From Anthoceros angustus (Eukaryota; Plantae; Anthocerotophyta): a stretch of 64,000 nt of DNA. The notes under the pieces are model-generated. The model saw only the letters and a program-made list of their open reading frames with translations, searched no databases and was not told the DNA's origin. Both the position numbers and the translations under genes were made by a program. The stretch lies in assembly GCA_010909165.1 (NCBI GenBank), contig MU008174.1, positions 496,001 to 560,000 of the forward strand, in the 5' to 3' direction. This document shows, in pieces, positions 22,725 through 35,944 of the stretch (positions are counted from its first letter, which is position 1; each line of letters starts with the position of its first letter).

Positions 22725-24839
22725 ACTTGTAATATACTCGCGTAAACCGATGTACGCTACAGCACTGCGACGGTTTTCAAGTGGGTGGCAAATGAATGTA
22801 GTCCGCGGAGTGTAACCAGTTGGTCGGACGAATCTGCTGTCGTTGGACTCTCTAATAGAGTGTTGGAATATCTTATATATTATTATTATCGTGTTAGACA
22901 TCAACGTCCTGTGAAGTAAAAGAACAGGGCCAACGGTCCTCGGTTGTCATCGACGCCTTTCCGTCTATACCCGATGGCCATTAAGGCCGCCGGTACGCCC
23001 TATAAGGCCACGTCATTAAGAAGACAACCTCTTCCGTTGTCGGATGGGACATCCATCCCTCGTCAACCGTGTGCGCCTAACCGTGCGTCGTTCCTAACCG
23101 TGCGATCCCCGTTCCGTGGATGCTCACCCCGGAGCCCCGGGAGAACGGGACGGGATGGACGCTCACCAGCTCGGACCGTCCAAATGGACACACATTTATA
23201 AGAACGTCGTGATTAAGCATTCTGAGCTTAGATCGATACTTAGATGGGGTGCCTAAAGGGAGTGGATGCCCTTGGTGCAAGTAGCTTAGGCACACCATGG
23301 TACAAGTTATTAAGTACCAAGTCCCATGACGGAAATCCATCCTTAGTGGACTTAAATAAAATTCTTCTTCTTCTTCTTCTTCTGACCTCCCGTTTCAGAA
23401 GAACTCGGCCCGGCCCGTTGCAGAGGATGTTTCTTGAGACTACAATTCGCCTTCACAAATAGGTTCTCGCTAGTTTATTTATGTTAACACGAGTGTTCAA
23501 TGGTTTTAGTTGAACCATTTTCGTGTCCCGACAAGCCTAAAGATTGGTAGTTGTTACCTCTAAAGTAAATTTATTTTATATCAGTTAAAATATATAGGAC
23601 TATGAGATTATCAAGGTCATTGCTAATTTACAAATCAACTTGAGAAATTACATATGTTTGTCCACTTGAAATTTAAGGAGAAGAATAACATTTTTCTTGA
23701 TCATAGTCCACTGTGACATAATAATCTAGTAGAGATTGAAAACAAGACATCAATGAAACTCTTAATATAAATATTTTGATATTTCTTACAACAAATTTAA
23801 TTATTTGATATTTAAAAAAATACTTACTTGTTCCAGATATAAAAAATGGTTCGTCCAAGTGATCTCCTATCGGTCCTGAACATTAAAGACTTGACTATCA
23901 ATACAAAAACAATGATGTGTGCATGAATGTTTCAAGTATAGGAAAATCTCAAATATTGTGTGAAATTGTTACATATGTAGTAGTATACCGAATGTCTGGA
24001 AGATTTCTCCACCATATGGATCCAAAATCTTAAGCCTTGTACATTTTGCGAGGCATATAAGTATAATATTGTTGAGTAGGAACAATATGAGGAGTAATTT
24101 GCTCCATCTCATTATGTTACGTAACATGGTGTATGAGCTACAATAACTTATTCAAGGATATACACTTACTACAATTCATTATAAAGTCTTTATATATCCC
24201 GCATAATATTTTATGAAATTTATTATCTTATTATTATCTATTTCATAATTTAAATATATATTATTAATTCTATTTCATAGAAATATGTGTAGAATATTTT
24301 TGCATGAACTTCCTCTAGTCCTATCATAGATTTGTTAGTAGCCTTGGTAGGTTATCCACCATCACCTAAAACTTGCATGTAAAATAGTTACATATATATT
24401 TTGTACTAAAAAATAGTTATAGTTAACTTGCAAGTTATAAATGAATAATTATTCATTTGAGTCCTATACATTAAATGCTATTGGATTAACTAATGTCACC
24501 ACCGTGAAGCCCTATTCAAGTGTTATGGTAACAAATATAACACTTTTGTATTACCACATTAAAGAAAAACTCTATTCATCATTGAAAATTATGTCCATCT
24601 CCATGATAAGAAATATCACCTTTTCTACTAACTACGTTGGTGTAAAACTTTCATATCATTGACAGTAGCCTCACTTGGAGTTAGAACCATAGTAAGGACA
24701 AAAATAATTGTAGTGGACAGGATGTGTATCTGGGTCTCAAATTAGAGGGCCAACATGTAGCGGGTTTCATTCCACTTAGAATTTGGATTGCTTTTAGTGA
24801 CCTCTTTTTCAGTACATTGCTCAGTTTCTCAGCTCGGAA

Positions 24840-25097
24840 GCTGCTTCGAATCATGCCAACTCTAGGGCTCTCCTAGCAAGAAGCCATCGCGCTGCTTCGA
24901 ATCATGCCAACTCTTGGGCTCTCCTAGCAAGAAGCCATTGCGCTGCTTCGAATCATGCCAACTCTTGGGCTCTCCTAGCAAGAAGCCATTGCGCTGCTTC
25001 GAATCATGCCAACTCTTGGGCTCTCCTAGCAAGAAGCCATTGCGCTGCTTCGAATCATGCCAACTCTTAGGCTCTCCTAGCAAGAAGCCATTGCGCT
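24840..25097. repeat. Tandem array, 5 near-identical copies of a 51-bp unit
   Basis: GCTGCTTCGAATCATGCCAACTCTTGGGCTCTCCTAGCAAGAAGCCATTGC starts at 24840, 24891, 24942, 24993 and 25044; about 3 substitutions in total. Confidence 0.97.
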
Positions 25098-25934
25098 TCT
25101 GGATTTGATGTTGACTGCGAATGATCTGATTAAGCGGTTTGCATCGGTTTGCATCACCTCATAATCCATTCAGGCTGACGCTAATAGATGAAGCTGGAAA
25201 AATTCTAGACATTGGGGGTTTGTTGACGCCTGCCACTCTTAAACAAGTGCGTGAGCAGGTGGATGCAGACTTGTTGGTTAATCCGTTGCAATGGCTTGCC
25301 ACGCAAATCCAGCGAAGGGTACACCTTCTTAGGAAGTTTTCTGTTGGCATGTGTTGTGATGCTCATCAATGCGGCGGGCCTTGATTTTTGAATAGGCCTA
25401 GTCTAGCTTAATCCTCGTGCTTTCCCCTATCTCCATGAGTTCACTCCTTATGTGTTGTTTATATTCAATATAAATCAGTAATGATTACACTAAAAAAAAC
25501 TTTGCCTTCTCTCCCTTGAGGAGTGATGCTATAGCTAGCTAGGACTTTCAATAATTTAGTGGAACTTTGTGGTTCAGCGATCCTCGGTTCGGATCTCCAC
25601 TAGGATGAGGTTCCATCCATCCCATATTACTCCCAACTTTTGGTGGCTTGTCTGTTGTAAAGCTATTTAGGATCGTCTACGGATATAAGATCTTTGTTGT
25701 AGGAGGCCTTTGTGGCCCTTGGACATAAGGTTCTTGTACGGGCTATCTCGCCCGCAAAAAAAGGGGCTGTTGTAAAGTCGTTAGGCCCTATTTGATATAT
25801 GATCTCCACTAGTTCTTAGCTTGCAATGGGCCATTGTAGTAAAGTTGTATGGGGCCTCTGCCTGCAGGCAACGAGCCTACTGTTACAAGGTTTTCTAGGC
25901 CTCCTGATGGGTTATCTCCGCTGTTATAAAATCC

Positions 25935-26521
25935 TTGAGGACCCTCTATATTGTTGAGCGTTTCGAGCAGCTGACATTTGCAAACCAGGAAGCGGGTGAT
26001 GCACAGCGCATTCAGCTGTTCTATGGTGTTCTTCGGGGAGGACCAGCAAAGTGGTATAGGCGCGAATATCTCAAGTCAGCCACACCTCCAGCCACCTTTG
26101 AAGAGTTAAAAAGCGCCTTCTGTGAGAGGTTTAGGGGGCTCGACGTGGAGGGATATGTGTTGTCCCAACTTGAAAAGCTGCAGAGAGGAAGGAAGGAAAC
26201 CTTGCAAGCGTATGTTGAGAGGTTTCACAGCTTATGCGATCGGGGTAGAATATAAATAAGTTATAATAAATAATCTTCCCACACCAATGTAAATTGTTTC
26301 CTTCGTCTTCCCTCACCGGGTGAATCTGTAATTCGATGAACCTTCCGTTTGAGTCTTCGACAACACTGGCAGAAGACTCGGCCTCGTTGAGAGGCACTGT
26401 TGAATTACGCTCACCTCTTGGGTTAAGGCCCCCCGTTTCCGGTGTGCATGATAAATGTCTTAGCAGGAGCGGGATGAAGCGCTCACGCTCGCTCTCGAAG
26501 TTGGAACGCAGCGCTATGTAG
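25935..26521 (+). mobile_element. Ty3/Gypsy gag (Retrotrans_gag-type) fragment
   Basis: RIQLFYGVLRGGPAKWY...TFEELKSAFCERF...LEKLQRGRKETLQAYVERFHSL; then stops and frameshifts. Confidence 0.75.
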
Positions 26522-26584
26522 TTCCCCGCCCTCCCCTGCTGGTTGCTGCTGAGGTTTTGCTCTTCTCACGGCTGAGTGGCCGGT

Positions 26585-29500
26585 ATGGAGGTGGCCTCAC
26601 ACCCCCAGGAGACCGTACGGTTGTTCGTGAGCACCAGAGACGCAGATTGTCGGCGGTTTGCTGTGTGTGTGCACGGTGGCGACAGCATCGGCGATGTCAG
26701 AGGTAGGGTGTCTCAGCTCCAATTTCTTGCTCTCTGGTAAGTGCGAGCATAATTCTGCTTTCAGGTGAAGGTCTTGTCCTCGTGCCTTGTGCGGTGTGCA
26801 ATTTCAACGTGCGGTGTGCAATTTCAACGTGCGGTGTGCATCGTCAATTTTCTTGTTTTCACGCTTCCTGTGTTTTTTCTGCTGGCAGAGACGCTGCAGC
26901 GGGCTTTGAAGTCGCTTCCTGACTTTCCTCAAGATTTGAATATCACGTCTATAGAGGTAAGAGAGCGTGGCCAGCCGTGCTCAGGTGCGAGGGCGCGTGT
27001 TTTGGAGGCGTTTGTTGTTGAGGCCTTCTTTTGAATGTTTTGGTGAGGTACTGACCTTCCTGGTTTGCAAATTGTTCGCAGTATGAGTATGAAGGGGATG
27101 ACTATGTGCTTACCGATCCCCTCCGGGTTAGGGACATCTTTAGTGGGGAGACTGCTAAGCTGAAGGTGAAAGTCGGCGTCTGCCAAGGGGACAAGGTAGC
27201 TTTGCCGGTTTCGCAGTCTTCTGGAGGTCAGAACCGGAAGGTATCTGGCATGCCGGTTACTGCATCCCCGGCCAAGGCGAGCCTGAAAGCAGGAGGTGGC
27301 AAGGACAAGTTCTTCGGGCAGAACGAGTCTGCAGAAGATGTTGAGGTGATCGGAAGTTCTGAACCACCGGACCTTCGTATTCTTGATGAGGATGCACCTG
27401 GGGTCAAGACTCCTGAGATTGGCAAATGCACGGCGGACGCAGAAGTGCTGCTAGGAGCTAATGGAGCACATGAGCAGAGTCCTATGGATCTGGACGCACT
27501 CCATACACCGGGAAGGGAAATGCATATGGATGAAGACGAGCCAGCCACGAACCCATTTGGTTCGCCTGCTGTCCAAAGCATCGATACAATAATAGGGTCA
27601 CCGGCAGGTGAGACGAATCTTGTGGTGCGTCCTAGTCCCCATCGTCAAGGACCGTGCAGGACTGTTGTTTTAGCTAGTCAAAATGAGGATGAAAATGGCT
27701 CGGAGGTTCCACGGCCTGGAGTGGTAGGCGAAAGTTTGAGGGAGCCAGTCTTGAAGGGTCGTCTGGCGGATACAGGGCAACAGGGCAAGGGGGAAAATGT
27801 CGTGCGTTCCAGTCCCCGGCATCAACGACAGCGGGAGACTGTTGTTTCAGCTGGTGCAAACGAGGATGACAATGTTACGGAGATTCCACAATCAGGAGTA
27901 GCAGGCGGAAGTTCGAGGGAGCCAGTCTTGGAGGGTCCTTTGCTGGATGCAGGGCAAGGGGGCAAGGGTGGAAATGCGGTGCGTTCTAGTCCTCGGCGTC
28001 AACGTCAGCGTGGGACTGTTGTTTCAGCTAGTGTAAATGAGGCTGGCAATGTTATGGAGATTCCAAGTTCGAGGGAGCCTATCGTGGACATTCCTCAGCA
28101 GCAGGATGCAGGGCAACAGGGCAAGGGTGGAAATGTGGTGCGTTCTAGTCCTCAACAGCGACAGAATGGGACTTTTGTTTCAGCTAGTGCAAATGAGGCT
28201 GGCCATGTTATGGAGATTCCAAGTTCGAGGGAGCCTATCGTGGACATTCCTCAGCAGCAGGATGCAGGGCAACAGGGCAAGGGTGGAAATGTGGTGCGTT
28301 CTAGTCCTCGGCGTCAACGACAGAATGGGACTTTTGTTTCAGCTAGTGCAAATGAGGCTGGCCATGTTATGGAGATTCCAAGTTCGAGGGAGCCTATCGT
28401 GGACATTCCTCAGCAGCAGGATGCAGGGCAACAGGGCAAGGGTGGAAATGTGGTGCGTTCTAGTCCCCGACGTCAACGACAGAGTGGGACTGTTGTTTCA
28501 GCTAGTGCAAACGAGGCTGGCAAAGTTATGGAGATTCCAAGTTCGAGGGAGCCTATCGTGGACATTCCCCAGCAGCAGGATGTAGGGCAACAGGGCAGGG
28601 GTGGAGTTGTGGTGCGTTCTAGTCCCCATCGTCAAGGACAGCGCGGAACTGTTGGAACATCTAGTGCAAATGGGGATGACAATGTCATGGAGATTCCAAG
28701 GTTTGAGGTTCATGATCTTCGACCCAGTGACAATGGAGGTAGGTTGGACAGATTCAACCCAGCCCTCGTGTTGGCTTACAGCTTTTTTTGCGCCGTTTGA
28801 CTCTTTTCATCTCCAATTCATAGGGGAGCAGCTAATTGCTCTATGCTATTTATACAGATCATCAGGCAGCTGTGGTTGTGGACCAAAGTGAAGCGGTTCC
28901 GGCAACTCAGGAGACAAATGAATCTTGTGAAACCGCAAGTGAACCATACACGAGACCTTCTAAACGTAAACATGGTAAACATTCATCAGCTTCTCGTTGT
29001 GGTCTGTAGATGAAGTGGATGCTTCCTGAAGCAAAACCATGCAGGCTGTCCATATTTGTTGCTTTGCTCCCATGCATTTACACCCTCTAGGTGTCAGGTG
29101 TGAGGCATTTCCTTCCTGTTTCTAATGGCTTTAAACGTTGTGACCCAAGGGAAGGCTAGCGGTTATTGTTGACCATGATGAGTACCCTAACAAACAAACA
29201 TTGGATGTCAGGCTCAAAATCAAGGAGGCATGGTGAGAATGGTGGTTCTGGCAAATATTCTCATCCAAGTAGGAAGAAGTCACATAGAAGAGCGACAAAC
29301 AAAGCACAAAGTGAGATGAAGTAAGCTCCAGCTTATTGATTTAGCCGAGGCCCGTCGCTGCAGCAAATATTGGAGGGCTTGTGAGCTGGTTTTTGTCACA
29401 CTGAATTGGTAGATCGTGTTGGTAGAAACCAGCGTTTAAAATGCAGGATGTAACTGAGAGCATCAATGTTTCACCGTCCCCTTCCTGCACCAACTATCCA

Positions 29501-31039
29501 GCTTGCTGGCTGTTCTTTCACTAATCTTGCTTTTTGTCTTCTCATAGACTTGCAAGTGAGCTTGCTGATGGTGTGGAAACTGCCAACTGGGAGGGAGCCA
29601 ATGGCGTAGAAACTGGCAATAGCGTGGAAGCCATCGGAGTGGAAGGCAATAGGGTAGAAGCCAATGGCGTGGTAACTGACAAGAGTGTGGAAGCCAATGG
29701 TGTAGAAGGCGACAGTAGAGTGGAAGTTGATGGCGTGGAAGTTGGCAACAGGGTGGAAGCCAATGGTGTAGAAGGGGACAGTAGAGTGGAAGCCAAGGGC
29801 TTGGAAGTTGACAACAGGGTAGAAGCCAATGGCACGAAAACTGGTGACAGGGGGGAACCAGTTGCAGAAGAAAGTCCTGTCATACCAGATCTTGTCACAC
29901 CATCTCAAGTACCTGCCACCAACAACTCTGGAAGGGCTCGCGCAAAGCGAAAAGCTAACAGAAATCATGATGAGTGCATACCAGTTGATGACAATGAGGG
30001 TCCTCCTGCTCCTGTAGTTGCAGAGCCAGGCTCTGTAGCAGATCATAATAAGGAGCCCAATAATTTGAGCACCTCACCAAACAGTGATGGTGATGCACAA
30101 CAGCCAGAAGAGGCACTGCGAAGGGAACCGGTGGCTGAAAGAAATGCTGGAGGAGCTGCCGAAACACGTCAGTCAAAGAGAAGGAGAAAGCTTGTGAAAG
30201 CAGCGCAGAGTAAAGCAGAGGAGGGCCGTCAACAGAAGGCGCATGGACAGGGCGAGACGAGCTCCAATGGAGTAGAAGAACCAGTAAGCCATAGCAGCCC
30301 ACAGAAGCCGGATGGACAGGGGGTGGAAGGTTCAAATCGAGTAGAAGACAGCAACCTTCAGGAGGCAAATGGACGGGGTGGCACAGGTTCACAAGGAGCA
30401 GGTGTAATCTGCCCAGAGAAAGTAAGGAATGCATTTCATGCGATAGTGGGAGAGGGGCTAAGGTCCTCACCCAGAAAAAGGATGGACAGACCGACTCAAA
30501 ATGTTGCTCCCGGAACTGGCACATCCATCCTAGAGCCTGGTGAAAATCCTGAGACGGAGCAGGTCGAAGGGCAGCTGTCAGGAGGGAACCAGACGAGGAG
30601 CTCCCCTCGTAAGGCCACGACTGGGGAAGACGTGATCGCTCCTGGTGTACAGTCGGACACACCTGTGGTTTTGTCTTCTGATGAGGCTAGTCCAGAAGTT
30701 AAAAAAAAGAAAAAGAGGGCAAGTGGAAAGAGGAGGAAGAAAGAACCGAGCAAGAGCCAGCAAACAGAAAATGGCAGCAAGGCGTTGGATGCTGAGCTCA
30801 CTGACGACGTTGATTACAACCCAACTGTTTCTAATGATGAGAGGATCACACCAGGAACCGCACGAAAGCGGAAGGACAGGGAGAAGTCCGACAAGAAAGC
30901 AGCAGTGGAAGGCGATCAGGCACGAGTACCCTGCAGGTTCAAGAACTTGGGTTGCCAAAGGGATTACCAGTACAAGACATCAGCGTATTATCTGCACTGC
31001 AAAAGCTGTGTGCACAGGGGGGACTGCCCCTCTCCTTGA
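26585..31039 (+). CDS. ~1186-aa repeat-containing hypothetical protein: putative ubiquitin-like N-domain, RSSPR repeats, C-terminal C-C-H-C Zn finger; 6 exons
   Basis: Exons 26585-26702, 26889-26956, 27082-28738, 28858-28974, 29212-29320 and 29548-31039 have GT-AG borders and total 3561 nt in frame. N-terminus VRLFVSTRDADCRRFAVCVHGGDSIGDVRETL...YVLTDPLRVRDIF; C-terminus CRFKNLGC...HCKSC. Confidence 0.75.
27600..28700 (+). repeat. Coding tandem repeat, about 7 units of 156-180 bp (52-60 aa)
   Basis: GQQGKGGNVVRSSPRRQRQ...EIPSSREPIVDIPQQQDA; unit starts include 28111, 28267, 28426 and 28585. Confidence 0.95.
29565..29835 (+). repeat. Coding tandem repeat of 30-33 bp (VEANGVEGDSR-like), about 8 units
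   Basis: Translation GANGVETGNSVEAIGVEGNRVEANG...RVEANG. Confidence 0.9.
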
Positions 31040-31473
31040 GTGCCGCAGTTTCTAATTTTTGCTCTCGATCTCCTGTCTTCCGTTGCAGTTTCACAAGTGA
31101 GCAACCTATCCAGAAGTGAGTTGGGAGTTCCCGGGGAGGGGTGCCGAGACTGTGACAAGCCGGGGCACCGCAATGCCCCAAATTTTGCACACAGATGGTA
31201 GTTCAAGACGGCCACTGCGACTCCAACTTTGTAGAACCTGGTGGAAGTTGCTGTTTTCCCCGTGTGATTAATTTTATATATAAGCAGGAACCCGGAGATG
31301 AAGCCTGAACCACGAACGACAGCCCATTAGACTAGACCTAAGCCTCGTCGTCCAAATGTGATCTCGACTTGAGAAAAGAATAGTTGTACACAAACCATGA
31401 GGGCCCTGGGGAATGAGAGCCGCATGGTCCCTTTATTGGGAAAAAAACCAGAGCTGAACAAGCGAAGCATCCG

Positions 31474-34400
31474 TCACTTGGACACAGCAGGGTCTTCCCC
31501 CAGCATCCCTTTCAGGCTCTTGGTGAGCCAGATTGCTGTCTCCCTGGGAGACACTTTACCCCGCCCGAACGGCTTCAACACGATGGCGAGCTCCTCCAGC
31601 CGGTGCTGCGACAGCAGCTGCGCGCTGAGCTCCAGCAATCCCTCCAGCGCGTCCGCCCGCTGCCTGAAGGAAGTGACATCCACGCCCTGCGAACCTCCCC
31701 GCCCAGGATCCACGATCTCCTTGCTAGGAGCGGCGGCTGCATGACTCGCCTGCGGATGGCTGATCGTGCTGCTGCTGTTGTTGGAAACGGAGAGAACATC
31801 CACATCCGCCGTCGGCTGCATGTCCAGCAACGACCCAATATCCACCTTCTGCCGCAGATCCAGATCGTTCACCACCTGCTCCGGCTCCGAATGGGTCGAT
31901 CCCAGGCGGAACGTGCTGTGTCGGATCACATGGATCACGTCGTTGTAGGCTGCGCGGACCGGGGTCGGAGCCGCCTTCTCCACCTTATCGTTGATCTGGA
32001 TCGTTGCTTTCTCCTGAGATCTGTCTCCTCCTTCCCCCTCGGCGTCGTGGGTTGAAGGCAGCTTGGGGCCCTGGAGGGAGGAGATCATGGGTCCCTGCAT
32101 CGGCACCATGTCGTGCCTCCGCAGAGCATCCACATCCTTCCTGAACGCGGGAGTGGAGGACCCAGAAGCTTCCGCCGTTGAGGCCTGCCGGCCTCCTCTT
32201 CCATGGTCCCTCTGGCTGTACATGCCGGGTCTTCGGTGCTGAGGGAACGTCTCATCGATCTGCCCGTTAAGGGTGAACTCCGGGATCAGATCCAGCCGAG
32301 GTGCGTTCACAGACACGTCGGGAGACTGGTCTCTGAGCCTTGCTAGAGGGGCGCCATCGTGCATGTTGGAGTCGTGGTCCGGCTTGGGTGGAAGGTGCGG
32401 GAGAGGCACCGGGGCGATGTCTTCCGGGATCACTCTTGATTCTGGAGCTGCATACGACCTCAATCCCATGGAGTTAGATCTGGATCCGAGAGGTGACCTG
32501 TTCTGCTCTGAAGATCGGGCTGTTGCAGGGTGGTCTCCCAGAGTGAGGCTTGGAGCTGAGATCCTGGTCTTCGGGCTTGCATTGGTTAAGGATTGGCGTC
32601 CTCCTGTTGGGCGGTCTCCTGTCGGGGACGAGCTTCTCTTGGGGTGGCTGGACTTGGATGGAAGAGGAAGGGAAGCTCGGCGACCGGCGCTGGAGGTGCC
32701 GGCATTGGATCTCGTCTTGTGCTTCCTCTCATCTGAGCCCGAGCGAGTTGGTATGGCAGGAGGGGGCAGTTCTGTTTTGGATCTGGTGGGTCTGGGAGAT
32801 GTGTCTTCAACCGGGAGCTGTGGGAAAAGGAGATTAACAGAGAGGAAGAGACATGGGTGAAAATCACGTGAGAGGCAAAACAGACAAGGAGAAGATATGG
32901 ATGGTGGAGGAGCAGGCAACTCACCGGGTATCTGATGTGCAGAGGTGGAGGAACGGATTTCCTCGTGCCTTCCACCCTGGTTCTGACAGCACTGGGCTTC
33001 TGGCTCTCCAAGTGGGGAGTTTTCGGGCTCCCCAAGGACCTGACTCGATGTGACTTTGCTGGAGACTTTCTCGATCTCACCTTCTCTTCTTGATGCCGAT
33101 CTCTTGCTGCTGCTAAATCGGTCTCTTCTCTAAGTAGATCCATCAACGCCTGCTCTTCATCATCAGCCCAGGCAAGGGGTGGGGTGTCGAGTTCCTCCAG
33201 GCGTGCATTTGCAGCAGGAAGATGGCCATTGCTGGACGACCTGGACAGGTTGTCCTTCCCGCCCTGGTTGTCGTAGTTCCACATCTCATCTTCGATGGTT
33301 CTCTCCAAAGAATCTTCTGTCCGTGCAGGACGACTGGGAATGCCAAACTCAAAATTGCTAGGGCTGTTTACGCTGGTTGTGAAGCTCTCCCCGTCGCTGC
33401 TGACGGGGCTGCTGCAGGGGCTGTCCTGATGTGGCACACGTATCTTTGCAAACACGCGTTCTGGTGAGGGACAGATCATTCCCGACTGAATTTGGCACTG
33501 GAGCACGAAGGGCTGCAGGTGAGGATGCCTGAGCAGTTCTCCAGCCTGGACACAACAATGTTGTCAGTGCTTGTTTCTCATGGACTTTACCTGGAACTTT
33601 TCACGTAAACCGGAAACTTCAAATAGTAGCTTACAGTCGGCCGATGCTCAGGATTCTTTCTCAGCATGCTCCTTATCACCCCTTTCCTGCATGTGGGTAG
33701 CATGACCGTCTCAAGTAAGAAGCCATTCCCAACAGAAGTAAGCTTTAAGAAACTGGCTTATTTTTGAAACTGGAGCACAAGGAAGACGACTCACAATGCA
33801 CTGCTGTAGTTGCTCGGGAGCGGGCCAATGGTGGACTTGTTTATCTTGCTTATAAGCCCCTGCATGTCCTGCGCAACGCCAGAGATAGGATACGAAGCTT
33901 AGTTGTCACCGAACAACAACGCGTACGAAGGAATGCAGATACCCTTGCTTTCTCAGAGCAGGCAAGCAATCAACTTACGAATGCCTTGAAGGCTGGCCTA
34001 TGGGCTGTGATTTCATACATACAACAGCCTGCAAAAGCATAATGAATTTGACAGGGTTAGGTTAGGCTGCTGTATGCATTCTTCACATGATAACTACCAG
34101 GCACCTGAAAGGAAAGACGTTCACCTAGGGACCAGATGTCCGATTTGAAGCCATAAGGAATATCCGCAAGGAGTTCAGGACACATATAATTGGGGGTGCC
34201 CACCACCTGCGGTGATGCAACACAACTGAGGCCAACTCATTGTGCAATTCAAAGGGCTTTAGAACTTAAAGTGCAGTGAACTCAAGACTGTGAGGAGATC
34301 GTTTACCGATGAAGCTAGATCATCCTGCTTGAGCAGTTTCGCCAAACCAAAATCACCAAGCCGTATATCGTGCTCTTTCGTCAGAAATATGTTGGAACAC

Positions 34401-35944
34401 TGGGAAATACAAGGACGTGTTAACAGCATGTTACAAATGGCTAGTAGGATGCGAGGACTAAGAGCTGCAATTTTCGTCTTCCTCGGAGGTGAGAATGAAA
34501 GAGACATACCTTCAGGTCCCGATGCAGAACATGATTTGAGTGCAAGTAGTCCACGGCGAGTAAGAGCTGGGCAAACCACTTGCATAGCCGCTGATAGAGG
34601 AAGAGAGCTTATTAGATGGGCGTGCAGGAATCGTCTGGCAGATGCAAGTGGAATGTTGGGAGAGAGACAAAAAGGGGGCGAGGAAGCAACAGGCATACAG
34701 GCTTTTAACCTCTTCAGGAAAGAAAATGCCGCTCGACTTCCTGACCAGCTCCGCCCTGTAGTCATAAGCACACGAACGTAGCTCTTTCCATCACTCAGTT
34801 GCCTCCTGTCAGCTGAAGGTATCCAGGAAATGCATTTAGAAAACCAACTTACATGTCACCGCCTTCACAGTACCCGGTGACAATGCACACATAGCACCCC
34901 TGCCAAAGAAACACTCTGTCAGCACCCAAGTCAAGAGCTCAGGAAAGGAACAACTCCATCCGAGACTGCACCTTCTCCACCCAAGATTCCTTGTACTCCA
35001 CAATGAAGGGGTGTTGGACTCGTGAGACAAGGGCCATCTGCAATACGAAGCCTGGAATGAGTGAGACTGGTCTCCTCCTGCTGCGAGCCTCATTGTACCA
35101 AAGTCACGAACCCAGGGTGGTATGCTTCCCACTACCTCTTGATGAGCTGACCTCCTGCATCTGTCAGTCTGGCGAGCCAGACGAATCTTCTTAAGCACAT
35201 ATCTGCAGGCGGCAGAAAACACACGACCAAAAGGTTAGAAAGCCCACAACTGAAGAGGGCAAAATTGGATCCTCTTGCTAGGTCGAGGATGGCTTGAATT
35301 ATGCTTTCTAACCTGCTATGTCCTTTGTGTGTCCACAGTCTCCAGACAGTTGCTAAGGCAAGTTTATACAGAAGAGATGTAGGCCGTATCATGATCCGAA
35401 CCAGGACCCATATCATGATATGGATCGAAGTCCATATCATGATCCACACAAATTTTTGCATGAAAGAAGAGGTGGGGTGGGCTGTAGCGGGCAGTGAGCT
35501 CACAGGGTCCCTTCCATGTCACAGAAGGGGTGCACAGCTTACCTCTACAGCTCTTCTTCATCAGGCATTCTCTAACTGGACACGCGACAAAGAAGAAGAA
35601 AATGATGCAGGCAGGGTCACCTGAGCAGGAGCCACAATTCCAGTCCTACAGGACCAAATCACAGACCAGGAAAGGCAAGACATGCTGGGTGGGGATCTGA
35701 CCGGGCCGGGAAGGTGGAAGGGCTGTGACCGACACACACAGGACCGGATTCCTACAACAGCCGAGTATGCCTAGCCGATGATGCAGATATGCTACCTACA
35801 CCAACATTCCTGCTTCACATAGAGAGGGAAAGGGTCCTGATCTCACTTCTTCTTTTCAATTTTGTGGTTGACAAGGATGGCAGAGCCAAATGCGCCCCGC
35901 CCCACTTGCTCCATTATTTCATACTGCTCCATTCTGGACTCCAT
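31474..35944 (-). CDS. NEK: NIMA-related serine/threonine kinase (plant NEK), multi-exon
   Basis: Spliced kinase domain: [72 protein letters not shown]...[15 protein letters not shown]. Plant NEK C-terminal motif [18 protein letters not shown]...[21 protein letters not shown]. Confidence 0.96.

Noticed and set aside
23450-24800. AT-rich island as a MITE, Helitron or organellar insert
   Set aside because: No terminal repeats, TSD or organellar gene similarity recognised.
24840-25097. CRISPR array or small protein gene
   Set aside because: Units are contiguous and identical with no spacers; the ORFs are a by-product of a stop-free 51-bp unit.
31130-31200. GCRDCDKPGHRN zinc-knuckle-like string after the repeat gene
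   Set aside because: Lies past the stop codon, lacks the fourth ligand, and has no convincing splice route.
31575-32860. Plus-strand ORFs such as 31603-32055 and 32273-32860
   Set aside because: Antisense or alternative-frame shadows of the NEK last exon.
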